A DNA stretch of 32,321 bases from a virus (Duplodnaviria; Caudoviricetes). The DNA lies in the IMG/VR virus record IMGVR_UViG_3300036793_000061, positions 1-32,321 of that record. The stretch is one strand, 5' to 3'. The notes beneath the pieces are model-generated. The model was given only the letters and a program-made list of their open reading frames with translations, was not told where the DNA came from and ran no database searches. This document shows, piece by piece, positions 17,864-25,932 of this stretch (position 1 is the first letter of the stretch; each line of letters opens with the position of its first letter). The position numbers were made by a program, and so were the translations under genes.

Positions 17864-18747
17864 AACCCGCTGGCCTTCCACGCTTTGGCCGCGCCGGGCA
17901 GCCCGGCCACCTGATCGGCCAGCATCTTCACGTCGTGGCCGAGCGGGTGACGGCCCTGGCGGTGTGAGCGCCAGTCGCACAAGCTGGTTTCGACTTGGGC
18001 CAGGTCATCCTCACCGATCAGGATTGCCAACTCCTTTGTGGTTTTCTCCAGGTAGGCGACGGTGGCAGCCGAGTTGTCGCCCGGGTCGGCCACCCCGAGC
18101 AGCCGCAGGGCGAGCCTGGGCCCGCTGGAGTGTTTGTGCCCGGCGTCGGTGGCGAGCCAGCGGGTGTCCATGACCTTCTGGCCGAGCTCGGCGGTCTTGT
18201 ACGCGGCCCATCTGGCGTTTCCGTGTACCCGCTGGGCTCGGTCGATCATCGTGCGCCAGTCGGCGGCGGTGGTCAGCCAGCGGCCGCAGCCGCCGTGGAG
18301 TTTCGTCTGGTCGGCCAGCGAGCGCAGATGGTCGTGGAGGGCCTGGGCTGACCGGTGGCCGCGCCGCTCAACGCCAGTGGTCGGCTTGGGGCCGTAGTGG
18401 TGGCCTTCGGGCAGGCAGAGCTCGGCGTCCAGCCAGGCCCGGATGCCCGACCCGAGGTGGTAGGTCGCCACGTAGGCCAGCACGAGTGCGCCCAACTGCT
18501 CGACGTTGACGCCGGTGACCCGGCCGTAGGCCCGCAGGAACGGGTAGGCCGGGTCGATGTCGCCGGTGAGCACCTGGAGCCGATGCCATTCTGCGTACTC
18601 CGCCAGCGCGGCTGGGTCGAATGGGTAAGACTCCCGGCGATGAACACCACCGAGTGGATCGTGCTGCTGATTGAGGTGGGCCTGATCGCGCTGGCCGCGC
18701 TGATTTTCGTGCTGCGGGCTCTGGCGAATCGCGCCTGACCTATTCAT
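17848..18747 (-). CDS. amino acid:DNA transferase (aGPT-Pplase2-like)
   Basis: TGDIDPAY, YVATYH, ERRGHR, G.ARWAAYK.AE, SGPR.AL, QVETSLCDW motifs; ATGA coupling to the TET gene. Confidence 0.75.
   Translation of the reverse strand: MNRSGAIRQSPQHENQRGQRDQAHLNQQHDPLGGVHRRESYPFDPAALAEYAEWHRLQVLTGDIDPAYPFLRAYGRVTGVNVEQLGALVLAYVATYHLGSGIRAWLDAELCLPEGHHYGPKPTTGVERRGHRSAQALHDHLRSLADQTKLHGGCGRWLTTAADWRTMIDRAQRVHGNARWAAYKTAELGQKVMDTRWLATDAGHKHSSGPRLALRLLGVADPGDNSAATVAYLEKTTKELAILIGEDDLAQVETSLCDWRSHRQGRHPLGHDVKMLADQVAGLPGAAKAWKASGLCLIS
18640..18738 (+). CDS. 32-aa single-TM peptide antisense to the transferase 5' end
   Basis: MNTTEWIVLLIEVGLIALAALIFVLRALANRA; GC3-rich codons (CTG, ATC, GCG). Confidence 0.5.
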   Translation: MNTTEWIVLLIEVGLIALAALIFVLRALANRA

Positions 18748-19640
18748 GAATCACGGATCGTGACCTTGGCCGTCGCCGTGGTCCGCTTGCCGTAGTTCAC
18801 GCCCACGGTGGCGATGCGTGTCTCCCGTTGGGCTCGTTTGGCCCGGCCGGCAGCCTGCTCGACGGCATACGAGGCGCAATCCTTCATGCCCCGCAGCGCG
18901 TAGTACACGATGGTGAACCGGTAGGCGTCGGCGCGGGGCAGCGGGGCCAGCGGCGTCACCCCATGCACGTACCGTTGGCCCCAGAAGTAGACCAGCGAGC
19001 CGTCGGCGCAGGGGATCGTCAGCCCGTACTCGGGCAGGCTGAGCAGACCGCCAGCGACGTTGGAGCGGATACAGGCCTGGACACTCCAGGTGGGGAAGTT
19101 GTTGCCGTCGCGGTGGTAGGGCAGCGCGGAGTTGCGGTTGATGACCCCGGAAGTCCACGCCCGGCCAGGGCCTTTGGTGAGCCGCCAGTCGGCGTGGATC
19201 GGGGCCACGCCCACGAGGTTGCGTTTCGCCACCGCCGGCAGGGATTCCTCGAGCCATGATCCCGAGAAGTCTGCGAGGGCCAGCAGCGTTTGGGCGAGCT
19301 CCGGGTCGTCGCGCATGAACGGCGTCGGGTGGCAGGACTCGTGCTTGAACATCGGCTTGCGGGGAGCCCACCCGAAAACCCTGGAGGCGTTGCGGTATCC
19401 CGACGCGGCCCGCAGGGTGGTGGTGACCTTCATCTCGGGCAGCAGCCGGTGGAGCTCGCCCAGCAGGCCATCGGGGATCGGCGCGATGGCCACGAGCGGC
19501 TGGCCCGTTTCGGCGTCGCGCACCCCGCAGCCCACCCCCCGCAGGGATTCGCTGGCGACCATCGGCCCCGGCCGCTTGCCCACGAGCTCGGTGGCCTCGG
19601 CCGGGCCGAGCACCCGCACCACCGAGCTCCAGCGGATCAT
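18744..19640 (-). CDS. TET/JBP-family 2OG-Fe(II) dioxygenase
   Basis: WTSGVIN.N..LPYHRDGNN (HxD), GG.L.LPEY, YVHGVTP (distal His), RFTIVYY (2OG-binding Arg). Confidence 0.88.
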   Translation of the reverse strand: MIRWSSVVRVLGPAEATELVGKRPGPMVASESLRGVGCGVRDAETGQPLVAIAPIPDGLLGELHRLLPEMKVTTTLRAASGYRNASRVFGWAPRKPMFKHESCHPTPFMRDDPELAQTLLALADFSGSWLEESLPAVAKRNLVGVAPIHADWRLTKGPGRAWTSGVINRNSALPYHRDGNNFPTWSVQACIRSNVAGGLLSLPEYGLTIPCADGSLVYFWGQRYVHGVTPLAPLPRADAYRFTIVYYALRGMKDCASYAVEQAAGRAKRAQRETRIATVGVNYGKRTTATAKVTIRDS

Positions 19641-20275
19641 GGCTCCTCGGCCACCCCGAGCAGGTGTCGCACCGCCGCGCTGTTGTCGTCCAGGGAGTGC
19701 TCGGCCCGGTAGGAGTCCAGCGCGGCCACGACTTTGGCGAAAAGTTCGCTGGGGTACTCCAGCATGATGAAGCGGCTCCCGGCCTGCTCGTACCGTTCCA
19801 ACTGCTCCGGGGTGGAGTCCGCCACCCGGTCGCCATCGGTCATGGCCTGGCGCGGCTGGGCGGCGCGGGCCTGGCGGGCCAGCAGGTCCGACAGGTCATC
19901 CTCGGAAAAGCCTGTCCCGATCAGGGCCTCGTCGCCGATGGCGAGCTCACCGAGCAGTTCGGCCAGGGCGGCCTCATCCCAGGTGGCCTGGTCGGCGGTG
20001 CGGTTGTCGGCCAGCAGGATGCGCCGGGCGCGCTCATCGTCCACGTCGGCCCAGATGACCGGCACCTTGGTGTGGCCGAGCTCCCGGGCCGCGACGAGGC
20101 GGTGATTCCCTGCCAGTACCAGGCCCGTTGACCGCTGGACGACCAGCGCGCCCTGAAATCCGTTGGCCTCGATGGACTGTTTGATGGCGTTGACGTTCCC
20201 GCGGCGCGGGTTGTCAGGGTGGACGGTGAGGCGGTCCACCGGCACGAGCTCGAAGGTGCGGGCAGCAGCGGGCAT
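19637..20275 (-). CDS. ParB/Srx-like domain protein
   Basis: HPDNPRRGN..IKQSI..NGF..LVV..VLAGNHRL.AA, ILLADNR..WD, TGF; no MTase domain fused. Confidence 0.9.
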   Translation of the reverse strand: MPAAARTFELVPVDRLTVHPDNPRRGNVNAIKQSIEANGFQGALVVQRSTGLVLAGNHRLVAARELGHTKVPVIWADVDDERARRILLADNRTADQATWDEAALAELLGELAIGDEALIGTGFSEDDLSDLLARQARAAQPRQAMTDGDRVADSTPEQLERYEQAGSRFIMLEYPSELFAKVVAALDSYRAEHSLDDNSAAVRHLLGVAEEP

Positions 20276-20304
20276 CCGGGCTGGATGGTAGCGGCAGGCT
20301 GTGA

Positions 20305-20412
20305 CGGAGAGGTGGTTACGGTGCGCCCGGAGCCAGGCCGGTGCTCGGGCGTGGATCGGCGCTCATCCGGGCCGGGAGCGGCCAGGAGACGGGCAGCAGG
20401 GTGGCTCTCCCG
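20305..20412. repeat. ~107-bp dyad element, copy C
   Basis: cggagaggtggttacggtgcg...gtggatcggcgctcatcc...ccaggagacgggcagcagggtggctctcccg. Confidence 0.7.
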
Positions 20413-20490
20413 GCCGTCGTGGCGGCTGACCGGGGCCGAGCTCGGCCGCCACACAGGCGAGCTCCGCACGGTGACCGGGCCTCGTTGTGC

Positions 20491-20597
20491 CCGAGAGGCC
20501 CCAGATTTGCGCTCTCCTGGGCGCAGGGTGCTCGGGGTGGACGGTCGCCCATCCGGTGGGGGTGCGCCCAAGAGGAGCGCAGCGGGACACCTCTGCG
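20491..20597. repeat. ~107-bp dyad element, copy D
   Basis: ccgagaggccccagatttgcgctctcctgggcgcagggtgctcggggtgg...gcgcagcgggacacctctgcg. Confidence 0.7.
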
Positions 20598-20759
20598 AAT
20601 GAAGGCCCAGGTCGCTGCGCCCCGGGGCCTTCGGTGTCACTCGCAAAAGGACACGGCTGCCCGATCCACCCGGGGCGGACCCGGGGCAGCGGAATGCGAG
20701 CAACCAGGCCACAGGCTACAGGGGGGGTGTGACGGTAACCCGGCGGGTAGGTCTGACCC

Positions 20760-20864
20760 ATGAGCGATCCCACCCAGCCCCAGCCGCCGCAGCAGCCTCC
20801 TCAGCCGCAGCCCGATCCGACCAACCCGCAGCCGCAGCCTCCTCAGCCGCAGCCGCAGTCGTGA
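20760..20864 (+). CDS. 34-aa Pro/Gln-rich peptide
   Basis: MSDPTQPQPPQQPPQPQPDPTNPQPQPPQPQPQS; followed by a strong hairpin; GTGT-N14-GGGTA upstream. Confidence 0.5.
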   Translation: MSDPTQPQPPQQPPQPQPDPTNPQPQPPQPQPQS

Positions 20865-20869
20865 CGCGA

Positions 20870-20902
20870 GAGAGCCCCAGCCCGGGTTGGGCTGGGGCTC
20901 TC
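20870..20902. terminator. probable bidirectional terminator hairpin
   Basis: Perfect 14-bp stem GAGAGCCCCAGCCC/GGGCTGGGGCTCTC with 5-nt loop, between convergent ORFs; no U-tract. Confidence 0.6.
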
Positions 20903-20927
20903 CGTTGCCTGAGGGGTTGGGGCGAGG

Positions 20928-21386
20928 CTACCTGCGAGGCCTCTGGTTGATGACGGTGTTCGGCTCACCGGGGCCAAAGCAGATCACGTCGCAGCCGCAG
21001 TCGAGCTCGTCGATGCCATACGGGTCAGAGCCGCGGGTGACGCCGTGGCCGATGACCCGCTGGCCTCCGTGCTCGGGGCATTCGGCTGTCTCCTCGTCAG
21101 GGAACTCCGCTCCGTGGATCGGGCACATGATGTCGGGGCTCTCGTCGTCGCAGGAGCAGACGGCCACGATGGAGCCGTCAGCGTCGGTGGCGAGCTCGGC
21201 CACCACCTGGAACGGGCTGGCCGGGGCCGGGCTGTCGTTCCAGCCGAACTTGGCCGAGCCCAGCGACCAGATCAGATCGCGGGCTGCGGCGATGGTGTCC
21301 TGCTCCAGCGGGGTGTCGCCCCACGCCCGGTTGATGGCGTACAGCGCGTCGTGGAGTCTCTGTTCCTGGGTGGGCTCGATGGTCAT
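20928..21386 (-). CDS. hypothetical Cys/His-rich acidic protein
   Basis: CSC, CPIHG, CPEHG, CGC; preceded by the ACTCGCAAAAAGGAG motif. Confidence 0.75.
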   Translation of the reverse strand: MTIEPTQEQRLHDALYAINRAWGDTPLEQDTIAAARDLIWSLGSAKFGWNDSPAPASPFQVVAELATDADGSIVAVCSCDDESPDIMCPIHGAEFPDEETAECPEHGGQRVIGHGVTRGSDPYGIDELDCGCDVICFGPGEPNTVINQRPRR

Positions 21387-21445
21387 TTCGGTGTGTCTCC
21401 TTTTTGCGAGTTGAGCGGTGGGTCCTGGTCTGTCCCCACCCGCAA

Positions 21446-21471
21446 GGCCCGGAGCGGGATGGCTCCGGGCC
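21446..21471 (-). terminator. hairpin downstream of the H1-like gene
   Basis: 10-bp perfect stem GGCCCGGAGC/GCTCCGGGCC with 6-nt loop. Confidence 0.45.
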
Positions 21472-21492
21472 GAGCGGCTGGTGGCGGGCCTG

Positions 21493-23061
21493 CTACTTGG
21501 TGGCCTTCTTGGCCGGGACCAGCGTGGTGCCCTTCTCGGTCATCACCAGCGTGGGCTTGCGGGTGCGCCGGGGCGTGGCCTTGGCGGTGATGGCCTCCTC
21601 GGCTTTGACCTGGGCGGCGTGGTCGGCCTTCTTGACCGCCTGTGCCTTCTTGCGCGGGCTGGGCTCGGGAGCCAGGACCGCGTCGAGTGCGTCGGCCGCT
21701 GAAGCGCCAGCCGTCTTGGCCTCCTGGTAGCGGGCCTTCTGCTCGGCGCTGAGCCCGTTGTAGGCCTTCAGGTCGAAGCCACCCCCGTTGGCCTTCTTGG
21801 CCGCGGCCTTGGCCGGGGTGGCCTTCTTGGCCGGGGTGGCCGGGGCCGTCCCGGCTGTGTAGTCGGTGGCCGGGTTGCCCGCGGCGCACTCCTCGCACCA
21901 CTCCTTGCGCCGGGCTGCCTGCTTCTCGGCCGAGGAGTTGGGTCCCATCAGTTGGTCCGAGCCGGTGGCGTTGCCGTGACGGCAGAGAGCCAGCCAGGCT
22001 GGCCCGTCCACGTCACCGATGCGAGCGGCCAGGTCGTATGCGCCCCTGGCGTAGCGGATGAAGTACCCATCGTGGCCTGCGGCGGGCAGCCCGATCCTGT
22101 CCTGGTTGGGCTCGGCCGCTCCGATGGGGAACCCTGCGACGTTGGTGGCCGTGACGTGGGCCGGGTCGGTGCGGCTCACGACCTTCTTGGCCGGGGCAAC
22201 CACCTTGGCCGGGGTGGCCTTCGCTGCCGCCTTCTTGGCCGGGGTGGCCTTCTCGGCCACGATGGCGTCGAGCTCGGCCCCGGTGGCAGCGGCAGCCGGG
22301 CTGGCCTTCGCCACGATGGGGTTGGTGGTTTTGTTGGCGAAGGTGATCCGGTGTGTCCGTAGTGGGGCCGTTGCGGGCACCTCCACGGTGACCTTGCCGT
22401 CGATGATGGCGGCGAAGTAGCGGTGGCTCTGCTTCTTGGCCGCTGTGGCCGCGCCAGCCTCGCTGCGAGCGAAGCCAACGATGGCGGCCGGAATCTGCCA
22501 ATCGACGATGGCGAAGGGCATCGTGCTGCCGGTGCGGAGCTCGACGGTGCCGGTGTACTCGGCCCCGATGGCTGATTCGGTCAGGGCCTCCTCAGCCCCG
22601 AGCTCGATGGCCGTGGGGAAGTGGGCTGCGATGTGCTCCTCGTCGGCGTGGGCCTGCTCTGCGGCCTCCCGCATGAGCTCCAGCCCGGCCACCTGCTTGC
22701 CCGCCATCTTGTCGATGGTCTTGACGAGCTCGGCAGCGATGCTGGGGGTGCTGGGGCCGTCGAGCTCTGCGTCCGCGATGGCCCTGCGGATCGCGGCCGG
22801 GTCACCCTTCGGCGCGAAGTCGTCAGCGGGCCTGACCCGGCTGGCGAGATGGCCGAGCGTGCCACCGGCGCTGAACGGGTGGGTGGGGTTGACCGTCTGC
22901 TCGTATGAGGAGCCCGAGCCTTTCGTGTACTTGACGGTGACCGTGGTTTTGGTGGCCTTCGTGACCACGCCCGGGTACCAGACCCGGTTGGCTGCGAAGA
23001 AAACCGCCTGCCCCGGCTGGTAGTCCTGGGCGGTGAGGGCGGTGGTTTCGGTGGTGCTCAT
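21493..23061 (-). CDS. large Ala/Lys-rich protein with histone H1-like KATPAKK repeats
   Basis: Start ATG 23061 after the CACTCGCAAAAGGAG motif; KATPAKKAAAKATPAK repeats; N-terminal Tudor/SH3-like WYPGVVTK segment. Confidence 0.75.
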   Translation of the reverse strand: MSTTETTALTAQDYQPGQAVFFAANRVWYPGVVTKATKTTVTVKYTKGSGSSYEQTVNPTHPFSAGGTLGHLASRVRPADDFAPKGDPAAIRRAIADAELDGPSTPSIAAELVKTIDKMAGKQVAGLELMREAAEQAHADEEHIAAHFPTAIELGAEEALTESAIGAEYTGTVELRTGSTMPFAIVDWQIPAAIVGFARSEAGAATAAKKQSHRYFAAIIDGKVTVEVPATAPLRTHRITFANKTTNPIVAKASPAAAATGAELDAIVAEKATPAKKAAAKATPAKVVAPAKKVVSRTDPAHVTATNVAGFPIGAAEPNQDRIGLPAAGHDGYFIRYARGAYDLAARIGDVDGPAWLALCRHGNATGSDQLMGPNSSAEKQAARRKEWCEECAAGNPATDYTAGTAPATPAKKATPAKAAAKKANGGGFDLKAYNGLSAEQKARYQEAKTAGASAADALDAVLAPEPSPRKKAQAVKKADHAAQVKAEEAITAKATPRRTRKPTLVMTEKGTTLVPAKKATK

Positions 23062-23261
23062 TTCGGTGGGTGCTCCTTTTGCGAGTGCTCCGTGGTTCCC
23101 CATCAGGGTGATGAGGCGGAGCCTCAGACGCTATGCCCAGAGAAATGAGAACCGGCGAAAGTCATGAAAGTCACCCCGCTACATGGAGCGATGCGCCCGG
23201 CCGGGCTGGCTCGACGGCCGGTGCTTTCTACCTGCCCCGACGCGAAACCCGGCCAGCCGGG

Positions 23262-23774
23262 TCAGCGCCGTTTGGTGGTCGCATTAGTGGTCGCGGCCAG
23301 CCGGGCCTTGACGGCCGAGAAGTCGGGCCGGGCGGGCAGCGCATCCTTGTCCGGGGTGGTGAAGTCGCCCCGGTGGGGCGCGGCTTTGCCACTCCTTCCA
23401 GGGTTATCCAAAGACTCCTTCTTGTCGTAGCGTGACGCTGCGGGTGTCGTAGCCTCACGCTGCGGGTGTCGCAGCGTCACGCTACGGGTACCCGTAGCCT
23501 CAGGCTGCGGGTCCAGGCGCACGTGCACGGTGTAGCTGGACCGCTTCCCTGGCCGGAGCTCCACCGAAATGTGGCCGAGCTCGGCCAGCCGCTTGACGGC
23601 CCGCTGGACCGTGACCCGATGATGCCCGGTGTCTTTCGCCAGCCGCTCCAGGCCGACCTTGCACTTGCGCTTGTACTGGTCGGCCCGCCAACTCAGCGCG
23701 CTCAGGACGGCCTTCTCTGACGGGGCCAGCCCGAGCACATCGAGCCCGTCCAGGCCTTGCTTGATCGTGGTCAT
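23262..23774 (-). CDS. HTH-domain replication initiator (HTH_36-like)
   Basis: L.PSEKAVL.AL..RAD, LAKDTG..RVTVQRAVKRL.ELGHI; internal iterons. Confidence 0.75.
   Translation of the reverse strand: MTTIKQGLDGLDVLGLAPSEKAVLSALSWRADQYKRKCKVGLERLAKDTGHHRVTVQRAVKRLAELGHISVELRPGKRSSYTVHVRLDPQPEATGTRSVTLRHPQREATTPAASRYDKKESLDNPGRSGKAAPHRGDFTTPDKDALPARPDFSAVKARLAATTNATTKRR
23404..23513. promoter_or_regulatory. putative replication origin: four 22-bp palindromic iterons + DnaA-box-like TTATCCAAA
   Basis: tcgtagcgtgacgctgcgggtg / tcgtagcctcacgctgcgggtg / tcgcagcgtcacgctacgggta / ccgtagcctcaggctgcgggtc at 23425-23513. Confidence 0.75.
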
Positions 23775-23968
23775 CGTCCGTAGCCTCTGGCGCGGCGGTG
23801 GCGGGTGAGCTCATCGAGTGCCAGCGCGGCCAACTCCATTGCGGCCTGGTCGCTGACCAGATCAGCGAGCTCGGGGTTGACCGACCAGCGCATACCCTCG
23901 GACACCTGCACGGCCAGGATTTCTCGCAGCAGGACGTGGGGGTCGCCATCGGCGGCTGTGACTCTCAC
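23771..23968 (-). CDS. hypothetical protein (65 aa)
   Basis: GTGA/ATGA coupled between VRR-NUC and initiator. Confidence 0.65.
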   Translation of the reverse strand: MRVTAADGDPHVLLREILAVQVSEGMRWSVNPELADLVSDQAAMELAALALDELTRHRRARGYGR

Positions 23969-24303
23969 CGCACCCTCCTTGGCCGGGCCAGGGTTCTCTC
24001 CACCTCGGGCCAGTCGGACGGCCGCCACACGAACACCTCCACGCCGGGGCACTCGGCCAGCAGGTCGATCACCGTCCACTGCGCCCGGCTGACGCGCCCG
24101 GCCTCGGTCTTGAGCTCGGCCACCACGAAACGGGGTGGGCGGATCAAGGTCAAATCGAGCCAGCCGGGAGTGGAGCGGCGGCTGTCGTAGGGGTGATAGG
24201 CCCACCAGCCGTGGAGCTCGGCCAGCCGGACCACCTGCGCCTGCCACTCCTTCTCGGACACCTGCCGGAGCAGATGCGCCCTGGCCGGGCTGGGCGCGCT
24301 CAC
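23965..24303 (-). CDS. VRR-NUC domain nuclease
   Basis: SEKEWQ..V, DSRRS.PGW.DL, AELKTE.GRVS.AQ..W, VWRPSD. Confidence 0.9.
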   Translation of the reverse strand: MSAPSPARAHLLRQVSEKEWQAQVVRLAELHGWWAYHPYDSRRSTPGWLDLTLIRPPRFVVAELKTEAGRVSRAQWTVIDLLAECPGVEVFVWRPSDWPEVERTLARPRRVR

Positions 24304-24728
24304 CGGCCGAGCTCCGTCAGAGCCCGGAACAGGCGGATGGCGTAGCCCAGGAGCTCGGCGTCTGAGGCGGGCAGGGTCGATGGGTCTTTGCGCCGGGCCA
24401 CGACCATTCGCAGCAGCCGGTACAGCACCTTCGTGGCGGCGGTGCGCTCGAAGGCAGCCCGGTCAGGGTCTACCTGGTCGGCGTTGATCCACGTGAACGG
24501 CTCGGCCACAACCCAGGTGAAAACCCTGTAGCGGGTGGACTCGATGAGCTCCCCGGTCTCCTCATCCACCTTGGCGTGGTGGTCAACGTCCACGCAGATG
24601 CCACCCTTGTCGAGCTCCGACAGCGGGTGCTGCTTGAAGTACACGCCCCAGCCCGGCCCCACCGCGGACAGCGTGAACTCACGCGTGCCCGGCACCGGCA
24701 GCGGATTGGGGCCAACGCCCCCAGGCAT
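24300..24728 (-). CDS. hypothetical protein
   Basis: Coupled ORF in the early operon. Confidence 0.7.
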   Translation of the reverse strand: MPGGVGPNPLPVPGTREFTLSAVGPGWGVYFKQHPLSELDKGGICVDVDHHAKVDEETGELIESTRYRVFTWVVAEPFTWINADQVDPDRAAFERTAATKVLYRLLRMVVARRKDPSTLPASDAELLGYAIRLFRALTELGR

Positions 24729-24729
24729 T

Positions 24730-25065
24730 TCAGCCTTCGGCGGCTGAGGGCGGCTCCTCAGGCGGGTTGGCGGTGAACAGGTCGCGGATGCCGAAGCGGT
24801 CGTTGGCGAGCATCACGGCCTCGTCCAAAAGCCTGGCCCCGGTGGCCCGGTCGATGACCACGATGACCGCAGCCTTGGCGTCGTGGGTGCGGGTCAGCAC
24901 CCCGCCGTCGTCGCCGTGAATGATCTTGGCGACGGCACAGCGGGCCACGATGTAGAACTCCTCGTTGCGGGCCATCGCCCCGACACGCTCGTCAGAGCGG
25001 CCAGAGATTTTGAGGCGGGCAGCCTTGGGTTGCTCACCCTCAAACTTGGGTAGCTGCGTTTTCAA
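24730..25065 (-). CDS. hypothetical protein
   Basis: 111 aa, TTG start, protein-like composition. Confidence 0.7.
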   Translation of the reverse strand: MKTQLPKFEGEQPKAARLKISGRSDERVGAMARNEEFYIVARCAVAKIIHGDDGGVLTRTHDAKAAVIVVIDRATGARLLDEAVMLANDRFGIRDLFTANPPEEPPSAAEG

Positions 25066-25146
25066 GTCGAGCTCCTGTCGGTATCAACGGTTTTCTTCAC
25101 TGCCAATGAGGAGGGCTGCCTGCCGCCGACAGGAGCTCGCGGCCGG

Positions 25147-25932
25147 TCAAAACGGCCTGCCCGGGTCACGCTCGTCTGAGGGCTCCATGCCTCGGGCCTC
25201 GGGCGAGTTGTCGATGACCTCAACGGGTACACGCTCCCGGCCCGGCGCGGAGGTGGCGGGTGGCTCCGCGGGGCCGGGAGCGATCTCAGCGGGCACCGGG
25301 CCGTCGTCAACTTCCCCAACAGAAGGTGCCGATTCTGGCCCGGTGTCCCAATCCAGGGTCGCACCGCGCTGGCGGGCCACAGGCGACGGCTCGATGCCGA
25401 AGCGCACGCCCGGCGCGTGATGGTCGATCAGCCAGGTGATGCACCGCCACGAGAGCATCCGGTCAGGGATGAGCTCGTACTGGCTCGGCTGCTCCGGGTT
25501 GCTCGTTGACCGTTTCGTCCAGCCAGCCTGCTTGGCCTCGGCCATCGTGATGGTCTTGGGCGGATACCAGTGCGGGCACACTTTCGGCGGGCAGTCGTCC
25601 AGGCGGCGGATGCGCCACGTGCTCGATTCCGGTGATTCCGACACAGGTTCTAAATCCCAGCCCACTCGAGCGGCCAGCGCCGCCAACAAAGTTCCCTTGA
25701 ACCCGACCCGGCCCTTGATGACGAATGTCTCGGCCAGCGCGGCACGAGGGCTGACCCCGAGCGCGTCGAGCAGCAGGCAGGCGATGACCACATCGCCCAC
25801 ACGTGCTTTGCCGTCCCGGTCGCGGTAGTGGTACGGGAGCAGCGGAGCTCGCAGCCAGTAGGCCACGGCCAGGTCCACCTCGCGAATCTGCGTGGGCTCC
25901 CACCGGGCGACGGCCTGCCCCTGCTGGCTCAT
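25147..25932 (-). CDS. RecT-like ssDNA-annealing protein (putative)
   Basis: LGVSP..AL..TFVIKGR, T..EAKQAGW, Y...PDRML.WRC, APGV.FG; disordered acidic C-terminus. Confidence 0.6.
   Translation of the reverse strand: MSQQGQAVARWEPTQIREVDLAVAYWLRAPLLPYHYRDRDGKARVGDVVIACLLLDALGVSPRAALAETFVIKGRVGFKGTLLAALAARVGWDLEPVSESPESSTWRIRRLDDCPPKVCPHWYPPKTITMAEAKQAGWTKRSTSNPEQPSQYELIPDRMLSWRCITWLIDHHAPGVRFGIEPSPVARQRGATLDWDTGPESAPSVGEVDDGPVPAEIAPGPAEPPATSAPGRERVPVEVIDNSPEARGMEPSDERDPGRPF

Noticed and set aside
19637-20275. ParB-methyltransferase fusion or ParABS partition system
   Set aside because: No DPPY or FxGxG motifs, no HTH after the ParB domain and no ParA; it fits the ParB-like genes that accompany modification operons
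20276-20760. tRNA or known ncRNA in the long gap
   Set aside because: No cloverleaf or T-loop signature seen; the gap is largely explained by dyad copies C and D
23425-23513. Possible CRISPR array
   Set aside because: Repeats are contiguous with no spacers, lie inside a CDS, and no cas genes are present; iterons fit better
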